A DNA stretch of 63,408 bases, filler included, from Bigelowiella natans CCMP2755 (GCA_000320545.1; 5 parts of 5 records of this genome joined end to end with filler, not necessarily neighbours in it), one strand, 5' to 3'. Numbered from the whole stretch's first letter, positions 40,136-51,870 are shown. Numbers and translations: made by a program. Notes: generated by a model from the sequence alone, not told the origin.

Positions 40136-40589
40136 AGGTTGTGCTTCATTTCCGAGGAAGGAGATAATTGTATATTATTCTCAGGGAAAGCAAACTTGCG
40201 TTGAATGGCATACATAATCTAAATTCCACAATGATAAAATATGTACACAGGATATTGCACTCTCTCAGCTACAAAAAGCACACTTGGCGCGTTGGGTATT
40301 ATTTAGCTTAATATCCTTAAAGCGAACTTGAAAGGACAAACCGGCGTATGGCTCTCTAGCTATCTATGCGTGAAAGAGATTTTGACCAACATAAGTACTC
40401 ACTCAAGGCTGTTAATGGTCATTAACGCTCTGGACTGTGCGAAGCGTGTTTGTGTTCAAATCTCACAATTTTATCGTATCAAACTTCACACATCAGACAT
40501 GCTACATGCCTCATAAATGTCTTTGTCACCGTGCATGCTAGCATGGATGCATGTATACAAGGTGTTTCACTAGTACTCCCACGTAGGTA

Positions 40590-41200
40590 CGTGAGGTGCG
40601 TATGTGCGTGTGTGTTCTGTGCACAAGACATCTCTAGATCTAGACACCGCTGGCAGCTCCAGAGCTCGACATCTTCACATGCATGCACTGCATGATGACT
40701 AGAACAATGGCTCTGGTTGCTTAGTTGCTTAGCAGTCCTGCGTGATGATCGGGCGTAAGCCGTACTATAGCTAGTTAGCTAGCTAGCAAGCTCCATGCCA
40801 CACTAGCACATGGCACAATGTGCCTAGCTAGCTAGCTAGCTAGGCATCATCTAGATCATCTAGTCATGCATGCAAGTCATCTAGAGTAGATGAGTAGATG
40901 CCTGCTAGCTAGCTAGCCTGCTGCGGGAGTGCAGATGCAGCTCACGCACGCAGCACACAAAACATGCTAGCATGACGCACCTTAGAGTCTGTCACCACTC
41001 TAGCTAGCTAGCACTGCTAGACTGGTGCGTACACAACTAACGTACGTCTAGCAGCACGTATTCTGCAATTTGCATCTCTGAATGCATGTAGTACGGATGG
41101 CCGATGCTTTACATGTTGGAACATGTCGTTCGCATGTGAAATGCAAGCATGCATTCAGCTATGAGCATTGATCTTTTGGCCCAATGTTAAACAAGACATT
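40590..41200. other. CTAG-rich, otherwise TpA-poor intergenic island D
   Basis: Runs such as ctagctagctagctagctag (40825-40843) and many CTAG/CATG/TGCA words. Confidence 0.75.
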
Positions 41201-41445
41201 AACTCTTTTCCTGGAAGCAGCATCGTATTGCACCGTGACCAGATTTAGTATTTCTAACAGTCTATCGAATCGGGTTCGCAGCTACTCGCAACGATCCTTC
41301 TGAATATAACAAACAATGAGAATAACAAGCTTATATGGATGGTCGTGTGATATAGACACACCAAAGTATGTCCTCATTTTACTATTTTACTTTTTCGAGT
41401 TCATAATTTATACCCATATCGGTGCATAAGTCCACACATCAACCA

Positions 41446-41533
<88 letters not shown>

Positions 41534-41537
41534 AACC

Positions 41538-42164
41538 TGTTTGCAACATGGCTGATTAACTCAAATACGATCTCCCGGATTCGCATTATTGTGTCCTCCT
41601 GCATGCTGGCCGGAAACTGGCGTCTGACGATGAAGGAGTCGAGAAGGGAGATTTAGCACACCACCATGACCACCGCCCATCACCACCATCATCATCGTCA
41701 TAATCACTATCATCGTCATTTCGAGGATGTCGGATCAAAAACACCACCACAGCGGCGGAGTTGTTCAACGCATAATCCGGGCGGCATGTTTCGGCTAAAC
41801 CGGCAAGTTACGTCTTATGCTACGCCTATCATCTCTCGAAGAGATTTGAATGTCGTGTGGAAATCTTCTCTTCCGCTTTTGTCTTCGTCATTTATTCGTT
41901 CATCATCCTCATTTTTCTGTCATTCTGATATTAATTAAACGCAGCTGAAAGGACTTATCACCGCTTCTACTTGCATGGGAGCTGCTCCTCCTCCTCCTCC
42001 TCCTCCTCCTCCTAGCAAGGGCAATAATAATGGTAGTAGTAGTAGTAGTAGTAGTAGTAGAAGTAGTAGTGGTAGTAGTAGTAGCAGTAGCGTCAGGCAC
42101 AATTAGCACACAACACTACCGAGACACATCACTAAAATGACGTCGTCAACAACTATACACACGT

Positions 42165-42236
<72 letters not shown>

Positions 42237-42693
42237 AGAGAGGAAAATCATCACCTTGCGTGTGGTAGTAGAAGGGCTGTGCTTGGACATGCACGGGTGC
42301 CGCCCCCCCCCCTTTTGTACACCCACAGCAACACCGGTAAAAGCAGTCATAATGATGTAAATTTATCACGTTGAGTTATTCTCCCCCTTTTCCCTTATCC
42401 CCCCTCTCTCCCCTCCCCCCCCCCGCCCCCTGATAACGCGCCTCCCGACAGTACCGTTGAAGTTTTGGGGCGTGAATTGAGCTGAGAATGGCTGCTGTTG
42501 GTAGTGCTGCTGGTGCTGGAACATTTGTTGATGTTGTTGTTGTTGTTGTTGTTGTTGCGTGGGTTGGAAAGAAGAGTTGTACCCATAAAATCCACCTAGA
42601 AAACAGCTGCTCGTGAGGCAAAATGAGTGAGAGAGTGTGTGGGTGTGTATGAGTGTTCGGTTATCACTCTTGATCATGATAATCATGATAATC

Positions 42694-42729
<36 letters not shown>

Positions 42730-42892
42730 CCCTGTATGCATAAGGACCTTGTGGTGGTGGTGCGGAGGCATGCGACGACGCGTTGTTGTTGCTGTTGTTG
42801 TTGTTGTTTCCAGGTAGCATTGGCTTGGCTGAGGAGCGAAGATTAGGATTTTGTATATCAACGCAATCTGTCACACTGTTGTGTATGTGTAT

Positions 42893-42977
<85 letters not shown>

Positions 42978-43120
42978 GGGGGGAGGGAGAGGGGGAAGCC
43001 GTTGGATGTGTTGTTTGAATGACTCCTCTTCACCTTGACCGACAGCTGCCAGCGCGCGTGTGATCTGATCCATATGCATCTTCTTCTCGTACTCTCGCGC
43101 AACAACAAAGTCCTTCACCT
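41538..43120 (-). CDS. Hypothetical protein exons (Gln-rich segment), 5'-truncated by a gap; 3' end unclear
   Basis: AG/GT-bounded pieces VKDFVVAREYEKKMHMDQITRALAAVGQGEEESFKQHIQ, GGFYGYNSSFQPTQQQ.. and ISLLDSFIVRRQFPASMQEDTIMRIREIVFELISHVAN. Confidence 0.45.
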
Positions 43121-43186
43121 GTTGGCAATGATGCAGCACAGAAAATAGACCCATGTAACAATCAGGAAGCGAGAAGAGGGGGAGGA

Positions 43187-43286
43187 NNNNNNNNNNNNNN
43201 NNNNNNNNNNNNNNNNNNNNNNNNNNNNNNTTAATTAATTAANNNNNNNNNNNNNNNNNNNNNNNNNNNNNNNNNNNNNNNNNNNN
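43187..43286. other. Assembly gap with linker
   Basis: N-run with central TTAATTAATTAA; must hide most of the V-ATPase a gene. Confidence 0.97.
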
Positions 43287-43334
43287 TACCTACTACTACT
43301 ACTTCTATTCCTCACTGTACTGAATATTGCAACC

Positions 43335-43381
<47 letters not shown>

Positions 43382-43399
43382 ATATAAAAATAAGTATTT

Positions 43400-44103
43400 T
43401 TTTTTTGTTTGATTGCCAGAGTGACTTCGAGCATGGCATTGTGGATGGTGAGGTAGAAGAGCATGAGGAGGAGCATTCCTTCGGTGCGGAGATGATTCAC
43501 TCCGGGATCCACACCATCGAGTTCGTCCTCGGGGCTGTCTCCAACACGGCGTCGTATCTTCGTCTGTGGGCTTTATCCCTGGCGCACGCACAGCTTGCGA
43601 AGGTGCACGCACTGCTGCTACTTCCCCCTCTTGCTGCTGCTCGACAACGACGACGACGATGATGATTATGATGATTATGATGATAGTGATGATAGCATGG
43701 ACATGTGCAGGATGGTGTGGATAACGACGAGAAGCATCATGTACATGGCTACATGCCATCGTTGCGTTGTTGCATTGTAGAGAATATTGTTCCAGTGTGT
43801 GTGCGGTGTACGGTCCAAACTGTACTGCGGGGATTTTACGGCTGCCATTACATTGTGGTGTTGTTGCTGCTGTTGTCGTCGTTTTGCAGGTCTTCTGGCA
43901 AAAGCTGATCATTGAATACGGCGCGGAGGCGAAAGGAGGCATGGGCATCGTCATGTATGTGAACGAACCCACCCACCTTGGATAGATGAATGGATGCATG
44001 AAAGAAGAAGAAGAAGAAGAAGAAGAAGAAGACGACGCAAGCCACTATTCCATTCCTGAGAGGAATCAGGAGGAAGAACGACTCAAATCATATGATGATG
44101 ATG

Positions 44104-44135
<32 letters not shown>

Positions 44136-44551
44136 GATAGTGACTCCTCGTCGATTGGGAGGGGATTATTATCCTGCTCACAGTATTTATAGTCTGCTGC
44201 TGCTGCTGCACTATCAACACACCATACGCTATTATTCTCCCAGGATCGTCGCCACGTATGCAGCTTGGTTCTGTGCAACGTTTGCGGTGTTGATGTGCAT
44301 GGACTTGTTGGAGTGTTTCTTGCACGCTCTCCGTCTGCACTGGGTCGAGTTCCAGAACAAATTCTACGTGAGTTATTATGCTATCCCCTCCCCTCTCTCG
44401 TCTCTTTCTCTGTGAAATCTTGGTATTTATCCAGCGATCTGACATACCTGCCCCCTCCCCTTCCTTCCAAATTTGCGTGCTCCCCGACTAGATGGCGGAG
44501 GGTTACTTGTTTGAACCGTTCACCTTCGAAACCGATGATGCGGATGAGTGA
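43400..44551 (+). CDS. VPH1: V-type proton ATPase V0 subunit a, 3' part
   Basis: [66 protein letters not shown]; stop at 44549-44551. Confidence 0.96.
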
Positions 44552-44959
44552 TGAGATCATAACTGCGATGGCAAAGAGAAGATAGCAAGACACATTGAAA
44601 AATGTCAGAAGACGCATTTACACACTTCCCGCCTAATATGACTCATTGGTAGTCATAATGACCAACTAGAAATGTGGTCTGTGTGTTCTTTCATTGCCTT
44701 CTTCAATTATCAAACCTAAAAACAGAAGTGCTAACTAGTTTATACGCGTCTACATTGGCGTCGTGCTACATCGTTACGAAAGACTTTCTTTGTTCTAGAA
44801 CATCGGTTGCACATCATTAACCTGCGCGCGTAGCACATGTGCATGCGTGCAATCGAGCAATGTAGCGCAACAGGTACTCCCCAAACTAGCAAACATGTGC
44901 TGCATCTAACTGCTAGTGTGTGTGGTCAGTTCGTCTGTTAGCTAATTACAGTGTGCTGT

Positions 44960-46142
44960 GACTAGACAATGCTAGAACATGATGCGATGTGCACAGTGCA
45001 GGATGCAGATTTTCCAAATGTGCACAAAGCACACCAGCACATCTCTAGATCTGGACATCGTTGCTGAGACAAGCAGATGGACACATGCATGAGACGGATG
45101 TGATGAATTGATCACACATGCAAATCTGTGATCTTTTGAATTCTGTGAGTGATCATCCCACACATCTTGCCCAAACGTGCAACATCGACACAAAAAGTGA
45201 GCCATCTCAAAAACTAAATCATGTTTTTCGACAACTTTTTGCTCAACATGCAGCTGTCTTTGCGCACTTCAATTTGGCTCAATTGAATTTGATCATTTGT
45301 GAAAATTCTCGGTGTGCGGCACGTGGGAACACACAAAATGTCGACATTTTGACACTCCTGCTAGCCTGGCTAGCTGGACTCGTTCGACCAGTGCTTTCAG
45401 CAATTTTCATCACTTTTTGCTGTGCACGCGCAATTCTGAGCATTCGTGCCAATGGGAGAGTTGTTTTTGCTTTTTCTTGAAAAAGTGAAAACTCTGATTT
45501 CCCAATTTGTTTTGCCCAATTTTCAAAACACAAAAACTGAGGTGTCTCCTCGAGATTTTGGATTTGGGCCTAACCACTTGTGCTGCATGTTGGATGGCTC
45601 TTGATCAACAGCTCAGAGGAACAGTTTTCTGCAACTCCTGCTGTGCTTGGAGCCAGTCTAGCAGTTGGAACCAAAGCACATGAGGTGAGCTGCATGGCAC
45701 GCAGATGGCTGAATTTTGGGCAATGAAAATGGAATTTCTCGAAAACTAGAACGAGATTGACCACAAAACTTGCATCACATCGATTCCGTGCACATGCGCG
45801 TTGCTCCTGGCCACGTGTGCGCACACGTCATGCTGGCTGCTCGTCACACAGCCCAACAATGTCTAGCAATGTTGCACGGTTTGGGCAAGCTGTGCAACGC
45901 AGCAACGCAGCCACGCAAAATGTGAGCGTGCGTAGCGCTAGAGCGGCTGCAGCGTTCACGTCGTGTCTGCTTGTTTCTGCCATTGTGCACAGCTTCGTGC
46001 GTTTGAAAGTGTCTGGCTGCATGCAACACAACATGCACATCACATCCTGCAATGTCGTCCCGCATGTTTCCAAAATGTTGCGAGACATGTTTTTCAAAAA
46101 TTCAAAAAATTGTGGGGCAACATCGGGCAATGATGCTGCTAG
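44960..46142. other. TpA-depleted island E, probably containing decayed DNA-transposon-like terminal sequence
   Basis: 13 TA in ~1.18 kb (10 CTAG, 2 CTAA, 1 GTAG); A/T-tract-rich texture at 45170-45760; degenerate copy of the dispersed repeat at ~45090-45170. Confidence 0.88.
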
Positions 46143-46235
46143 TACCCGCTACTAACCGGCAACTCGCAACAGGAGACGCCGGCGTCACCAATTCGCTGAA
46201 ACTGTGAAGAACTGTCGTCGGACACCTTCAAAGCA

Positions 46236-46471
46236 ATGCACAGCAACGACCTTCCCTGTCTGAAGCGTTTGATCGGGGGAAACGCAAATGTTGAGGAGCT
46301 CGACGGTTTCGGTGGGTAACAGCGGCAGCGTTGACATTGCCGCAGCGGCAGTAGTTGGAGTGTTCAGTGATTGATGGCATGTGTAGTGTTGGGTGTTAGA
46401 TTGACATTTTGTGAAATGTTAGCAGCAGAAGCAGTAGTAGCAGCAGCAGTAGCAGTAGTAGTAGCAGTAGC

Positions 46472-46512
<41 letters not shown>

Positions 46513-48022
46513 AAAGTGGCATTGACAATGGGCTTGGTGACACTGATGGTAGCAGAAGTAGTGAGAAAGGGTGACATTTCTATGGATGCGGGTTGTGATT
46601 TCTCATGGGAAACAAACGAGTTGCAATTACATGTTTTAAAAGAAATTTGTCAACAATGCACATTTCATGAGTGTTGGCGTTGAATCCAGGATATTTTTCT
46701 TTAATGAATAAAATGAGTCGCTTTGCATAGCTATGGATTTAAGTTGTGACACAATGAGTCCCAGAGAATATTTGGTTATCATTTGGAAAATGACATTCAT
46801 GCTTGTAAATGTGTAAAGATATGGTCGTTTTGCCATTAGGTAAGACTCCGTTAATCACGGGTTCCAGAGAGGGTCATTTGGAGATCGTAAAGTACCTGGT
46901 TGACATGAAGGCAAACATTGAGGCGAAAGACGACGACGGTGGGTACCAATGTTAGCATTGAGGCAGCAGTTGTTGTAGAAGATGTCACATAATTTGAAAG
47001 GATTACATATCGATACATTAGGTGAGACTCCGTTAATTTGGAGTTCCATTAATGGCCATTTGGAGATCGTAAAGTACCTGATTGACATGAAGGCAAACAT
47101 TGAGGCGAAAGACGAAGACGGTGGGTGCCAATGCTAGTACTGAGGCAGAAGCTGTTGGAGAAGATGTTACACAATTTGAAATGATAACATAACGATACAT
47201 TAGGTTGTACTCCGTTGATTGCGGGTTCCGGAATGGGTAATTTGGAGATCGTAAAGTACCTGATTGACATGAAGGCAAACATTGAGACCAAAACCGAAAA
47301 AGGTGGGAACCAATGCTAGCATTGGGGAAGCAGTTGTTGTAGAAGATGTTACTTAATTTGAAATTATTACAAAACGATACGCTAGGTTATAATACGTTAA
47401 TCACTGGTTCCAGAGAGGGTCATTTGGAGATTGTAAAGTACCTGGTTGATATGAAGGCAAACATTGAGGCGAAAGGCTTTTTCGGTGGTTACCAATGCTA
47501 ACATTGAAGCAGGCAGCTGTAGAAGGTATTACACAATTTGAAATATTATCATAATGATACATTAGGTTGTACTCCGTTGATCGCGGGTTCCACTTGGGGT
47601 AAGTTGGAGATCGTTGAGCATCTGGTTGACATGAAGGCAAACATTGAGGCGAAAGACGAAGACGGTGGGTACCAATGCTAGTACTGAGGCAGAAGCTGTT
47701 GGAGAAGATGTTACATAATTTGAAATGTTTACATAATGATACAAAAGGTTGTACTCCGTTGATCGCGGGTTCCAAAAAGGGTCATTTGGAGATCGTAAAG
47801 TACCTGATTGACATGAAGGCAAACGTTGAGGCCAAAAACAGAAATGGGGAAACTTCGTATGACTCGGCAGCCAATGACGAGCTCAAAATCTTCATCAAGC
47901 AATATTGCATTGAGCGACAGGTCCAAGTGTTCAACAGAGACTTGAGGGAGTTGCACTTCTTGAGCATGGAATTGAAGCGAGGGTTGGGGGCGGAAATGGT
48001 CGCCACAGGCTCGAAAAAATAG
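46236..48022 (+). CDS. Ankyrin-repeat protein with one repeat per exon; decayed TPR-like tail (possibly pseudogenising)
   Basis: Exons ~46236-46311, 46840-46938, 47022-47120, 47204-47302, 47386-47484, 47566-47664 and 47748-48022; consensus G.TPLI.GS..GHLEIVKYL.DMKANIEAKD. Confidence 0.88.
46840..47846 (+). repeat. Tandem array of 180-182-bp units (99-nt ankyrin exon + 81-83-nt intron), 5.5 copies
   Basis: Near-identical exons and introns (gtgggtaccaatgctag...gatacattag) at a 180-182-nt period. Confidence 0.95.
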
Positions 48023-49000
48023 ACACACAGCTAGACAGGAGTAGATGCGCGCCATTGGCACAATGGACAATCTCGGAAGCTTCGTGTTGTCCCGTGGCCA
48101 ATGTGAAGAAGCAGATGCAATATGTGACACATGAGATGTCGTGAAAGACATTGAGCATCTCCTCAAGCAATGATAGCTAGGTAGTGATGGTAGACCGGTA
48201 GATGTACCATAGCTAGCATAGATTCAGGGATGATGTGCTGTCTAGCAAGCAGACTATCAGGCATATGCATGTAAATGCTAATTTTAAATGCGTGAAACAT
48301 ACAACAACAGATGTGTACATGTTTGCACACATGTGCACATGAGACTATAAGACGGATGTGATGAAGTGATTAAAGACTTTCAAAAATCATCCTGCTGCAG
48401 CTTTGCAAAGCTAGAAAGCAGCGGCTACAGCGCTCGCTGTCGCATGTGTCTGCATGCCTCAGAAATGACGATGCTCTTCATGCATTTGAATTAAAGCACA
48501 TCTAGACATGTGAGACAAATAGATGCAACATGAGCAGCGCTGTAGCCGCTACTTCGCAGAGCCACATTCTAGACATTGGGATGACTGTTTGAAAGATTTG
48601 ATCACTTCATTGAAGACATCCGTTTGTTCATAGCATGCACGTACTGCACCTACATCCAAGAGTGTCAAAAGTGCAACACGTGTGAACTAGCTAGCTAGGT
48701 GAAGATGCACGTGTGCAAAAGCACGGAGCATACAAGCATGATGCATCTTAGCTAGCTAGCTGGCTGTGCGTGGTTCATTAGCAGTGGACAGGCGACGTGC
48801 GTGAAGACGCGCGAATGTTTGCACGGTGACATCGTTACACACGACAGTCGGTGTGTGCATGCTAGCATGTGCAGCAAGCTGCATGCGGTTAGGCGGGCTA
48901 GCTAGCGGGCAAACGATTATACCGACATGATGTTGTCCGTCCGCCCGTGCCTATTAACTTCTTCCTGGTCACAAGCAACAACATCAATGTGTGAGGTACG
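47905..49000. other. TpA-depleted island F (between the ankyrin and FNTB 3' ends)
   Basis: Residual TA strongly enriched in CTAG/TAG context; contains the TPR remnant and an inverted repeat pair. Confidence 0.75.
48349..48625. mobile_element. Inverted pair of the ~85-bp repeat (MITE-like foldback)
   Basis: 48349-48434 (minus) and 48536-48625 (plus) are reverse-complement homologues ~100 bp apart; no TSD identified. Confidence 0.5.
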
Positions 49001-49103
49001 GTGTGAGTGTGCTCATCTAGCTATGGTACGTGCAATGCCGGATGCGAGGTGAGCGGAAGTTGACGACCATACTAATATACATGATGCGCACATATCCTCA
49101 TGC

Positions 49104-49150
49104 ATTAGGATGATTATTGAAAAGATTTAATCACTTCATTACATCTGTCT
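49104..49150 (+). repeat. Partial copy of dispersed repeat
   Basis: cattaggatgattattgaaaagatttaatcacttcattacatctgtct. Confidence 0.75.
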
Positions 49151-49327
49151 CGCACATCATCATGCGAGTGCGTGCATCCCTGGATAGCGAATAGTAGATG
49201 TAGCCAACATCTAGACATTGTACCAGTGATTACACGTTTGTCAACTTTGATGACATCTGCGCTTGCACGAATTCCATGATGATTTATTTGCTGGAAAGCA
49301 ATCGCATAATACCATTTGTCACCGCAT

Positions 49328-49827
49328 CTACTTTCTCCCCCCCCCGCCTTCTTTCGAGTCCTCTGCTACCGCTGGCTCTGTTTCGCACAAATCCATAGCT
49401 GAACCCGTGATTTTCCGCTCTGCCCATGTTTTTGGAGGGGCACACTTGCCGAAGAACTCCAACGCCCTCTTCACGTTTTCGGGAGAGGCGTTATATCTAA
49501 GTGATAATAAACACACAGTGCACCCATAGACATTTTAAATTAAATATGTATTGCGTTGGAAAGAATCATCGACGACGTGGACGAATTGAGAGAATGCAAG
49601 GGAGCAGCAGCAGCAGCAGCAGCAGCAGGTAAAAGGCGTAATAAACAAAGGCAACGTACGTTGGATCGGTAGGCTCCAAACGATTGCGAGTACCACCTGA
49701 TGGACGGAGTTGTATGCATGCAATTGAGAGGAAGTCAGGAGAGGGATGATAGCAGTGCCATAAGAACACATAGTAGGGAGGACAATGGACGATATCAATC
49801 AATAGTTGATTACACCTCCCGCCTCTT

Positions 49828-49875
<48 letters not shown>

Positions 49876-49918
49876 GTGCGCGACCGTATTCATGTAGATG
49901 TAAATATATCTATCTATC

Positions 49919-49960
<42 letters not shown>

Positions 49961-51098
49961 TATAGTATGTGGTACTATTAGGTAGTTGCAAGTGTAGCGA
50001 ATCTCCGATGATATTACTTACCAACGCAATCCACGTGCTGCGACGAAGACGACTTCTTCGCATCCCCTCGATTCATCAGCAACAACTGCACAAACAAACA
50101 CAGCATATTCGTGCCCCATCATCCATTGTTACTCCCAAAAATGGTAAGCATTGCTACGATAGAAACGTTAGTGCAATATAATGATGATGATGATGATGAT
50201 GATGATGATCTATTGAAACAAATGCTGCAGATGAATCTCTCTTCACTTTATACATGTCCTACCTGCTAGTATACGACTACTACTACTACTATAACAACTA
50301 CTACTGCTGCTTTTGTTATTGCGCAACGATGGCATGATCACCCCCCCCCCCCCCCCCCCCTCTCCCTCTCTCTTTGTTCCTGTCACCGCACAAAGAAATT
50401 GCATTGATTCAATAGCTTGTGTACAATTCCAAGGCAGCAAACCGCCTCTTTCTTCCTCTTCCATCTTCTTCTTCTTCTACTATTACTACTACAAATCCTC
50501 CTCCTCCTCCTCCTCCTACTACTACTACTAATCTGAAACGTACTTGATGCTGTGCCATACTGAGGCCGCTCAAAGAGTAGCACGTATGGTAGTAGTCCGC
50601 ACTACATAAGCAACGATGATTTATAGCTTCTTTGGCGCTTACATTGGGGTGTGGGATGTTTTGTTTTTGGAGTGTTTTGAAACTCTTGTTGTTCCGAAGT
50701 TGATTGGTGCTAGACACACATACCGAATAGCACTACACACGCATACGCATACGCATACGCACACACACACGCACACGCAAACTAATTCTGATGGCGCTTG
50801 GGGTGAATGCGTGAAGCGCTCAACGTCGACGTCACTGCTACATACAGCGGAGAGACGCATCTTTCATCATCACCATCACCATCATCACCATCATCATCCT
50901 CTACACATCTCTTATTTCGACTACTGCTGCTACCACTGACCGTTTGCCAGGTTTATCCTTCAACCCCCCCCTCTCTCCTTGGCAACACATCAGTATATAC
51001 TCCTAACAACAACCACGACAACAAGAGGGGGATGGAACATCATGATGGTGATGATGATGATGATCAGGGGGGGGATGAGGAGGAGGCGATAAGGTAGG

Positions 51099-51131
<33 letters not shown>

Positions 51132-51513
51132 AGTGTGTGTGTGTGTGTGCGTGTGTGTGCGCGTGATAAATAGTAGTAACAAGCTCAGGATTTATTTCTC
51201 TATCGTCAAATAATATATTCTCTGAACTGCAGGTGTACTAACATTAGCGATTCAAATACATTTCCACTCCCCCCCCCTCCCCACCTGCAGTTTCATCGGC
51301 TGGAAGAGAGCAAATCCTGGAGAGGCCACCGGGGGGGGGGAGGAGGAGGAAGAGGCAGAAGACTCATTTCCAGAAGTAGCTTGTTTGCTCTCCTCGTTTT
51401 CGTGTTCTTCTATTTCAACTGGCTTCGTCTCCTTCTCCCCCCCTGGGCTCGTCATCCTCACATCTTCATCGTTGCTTGTGTGAGCACGTTTGCTGCTACT
51501 ATTGCCACTATTG

Positions 51514-51545
<32 letters not shown>

Positions 51546-51602
51546 GCCGCCCTGGCTCTGCTTTTGCTTCTTCTTTGTCTTGTGCTCCTCTGTTGTTTGA
51601 GG

Positions 51603-51635
<33 letters not shown>

Positions 51636-51870
51636 CACCGGGCTCAGGATATCTTGAAGTAGAGGGAAAATGCCCTATATTTACGACGACGACGACACAG
51701 AATTAAGACCAATATGTAGAGGATGATGACGATGATGAGGATCATGCGTGTACGCGTATGCACGTGCTTTGCTTGTGTACTACTACTACTACTACTACTA
51801 CGACGACGACGACGACGTCATACCCCAACCCACCAAGAGTAACACGAATCGACCAGTTTGTTCGTTCTCC
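49328..51870 (-). CDS. FNTB: Protein farnesyltransferase beta subunit, 3' part (5' lost in gap)
   Basis: GRTNKLVDSCYSWW, LFQPMKLQ|EYILMCCQGERGGLKDKPGK, DYYHTCYSLSGLSMAQH, YNASPENVKRALEFF. Confidence 0.92.

Noticed and set aside
46840-47846. CRISPR-like regular repeats
   Set aside because: The units are ankyrin exons plus GT-AG introns, there are no unique spacers or cas genes, and the context is eukaryotic.
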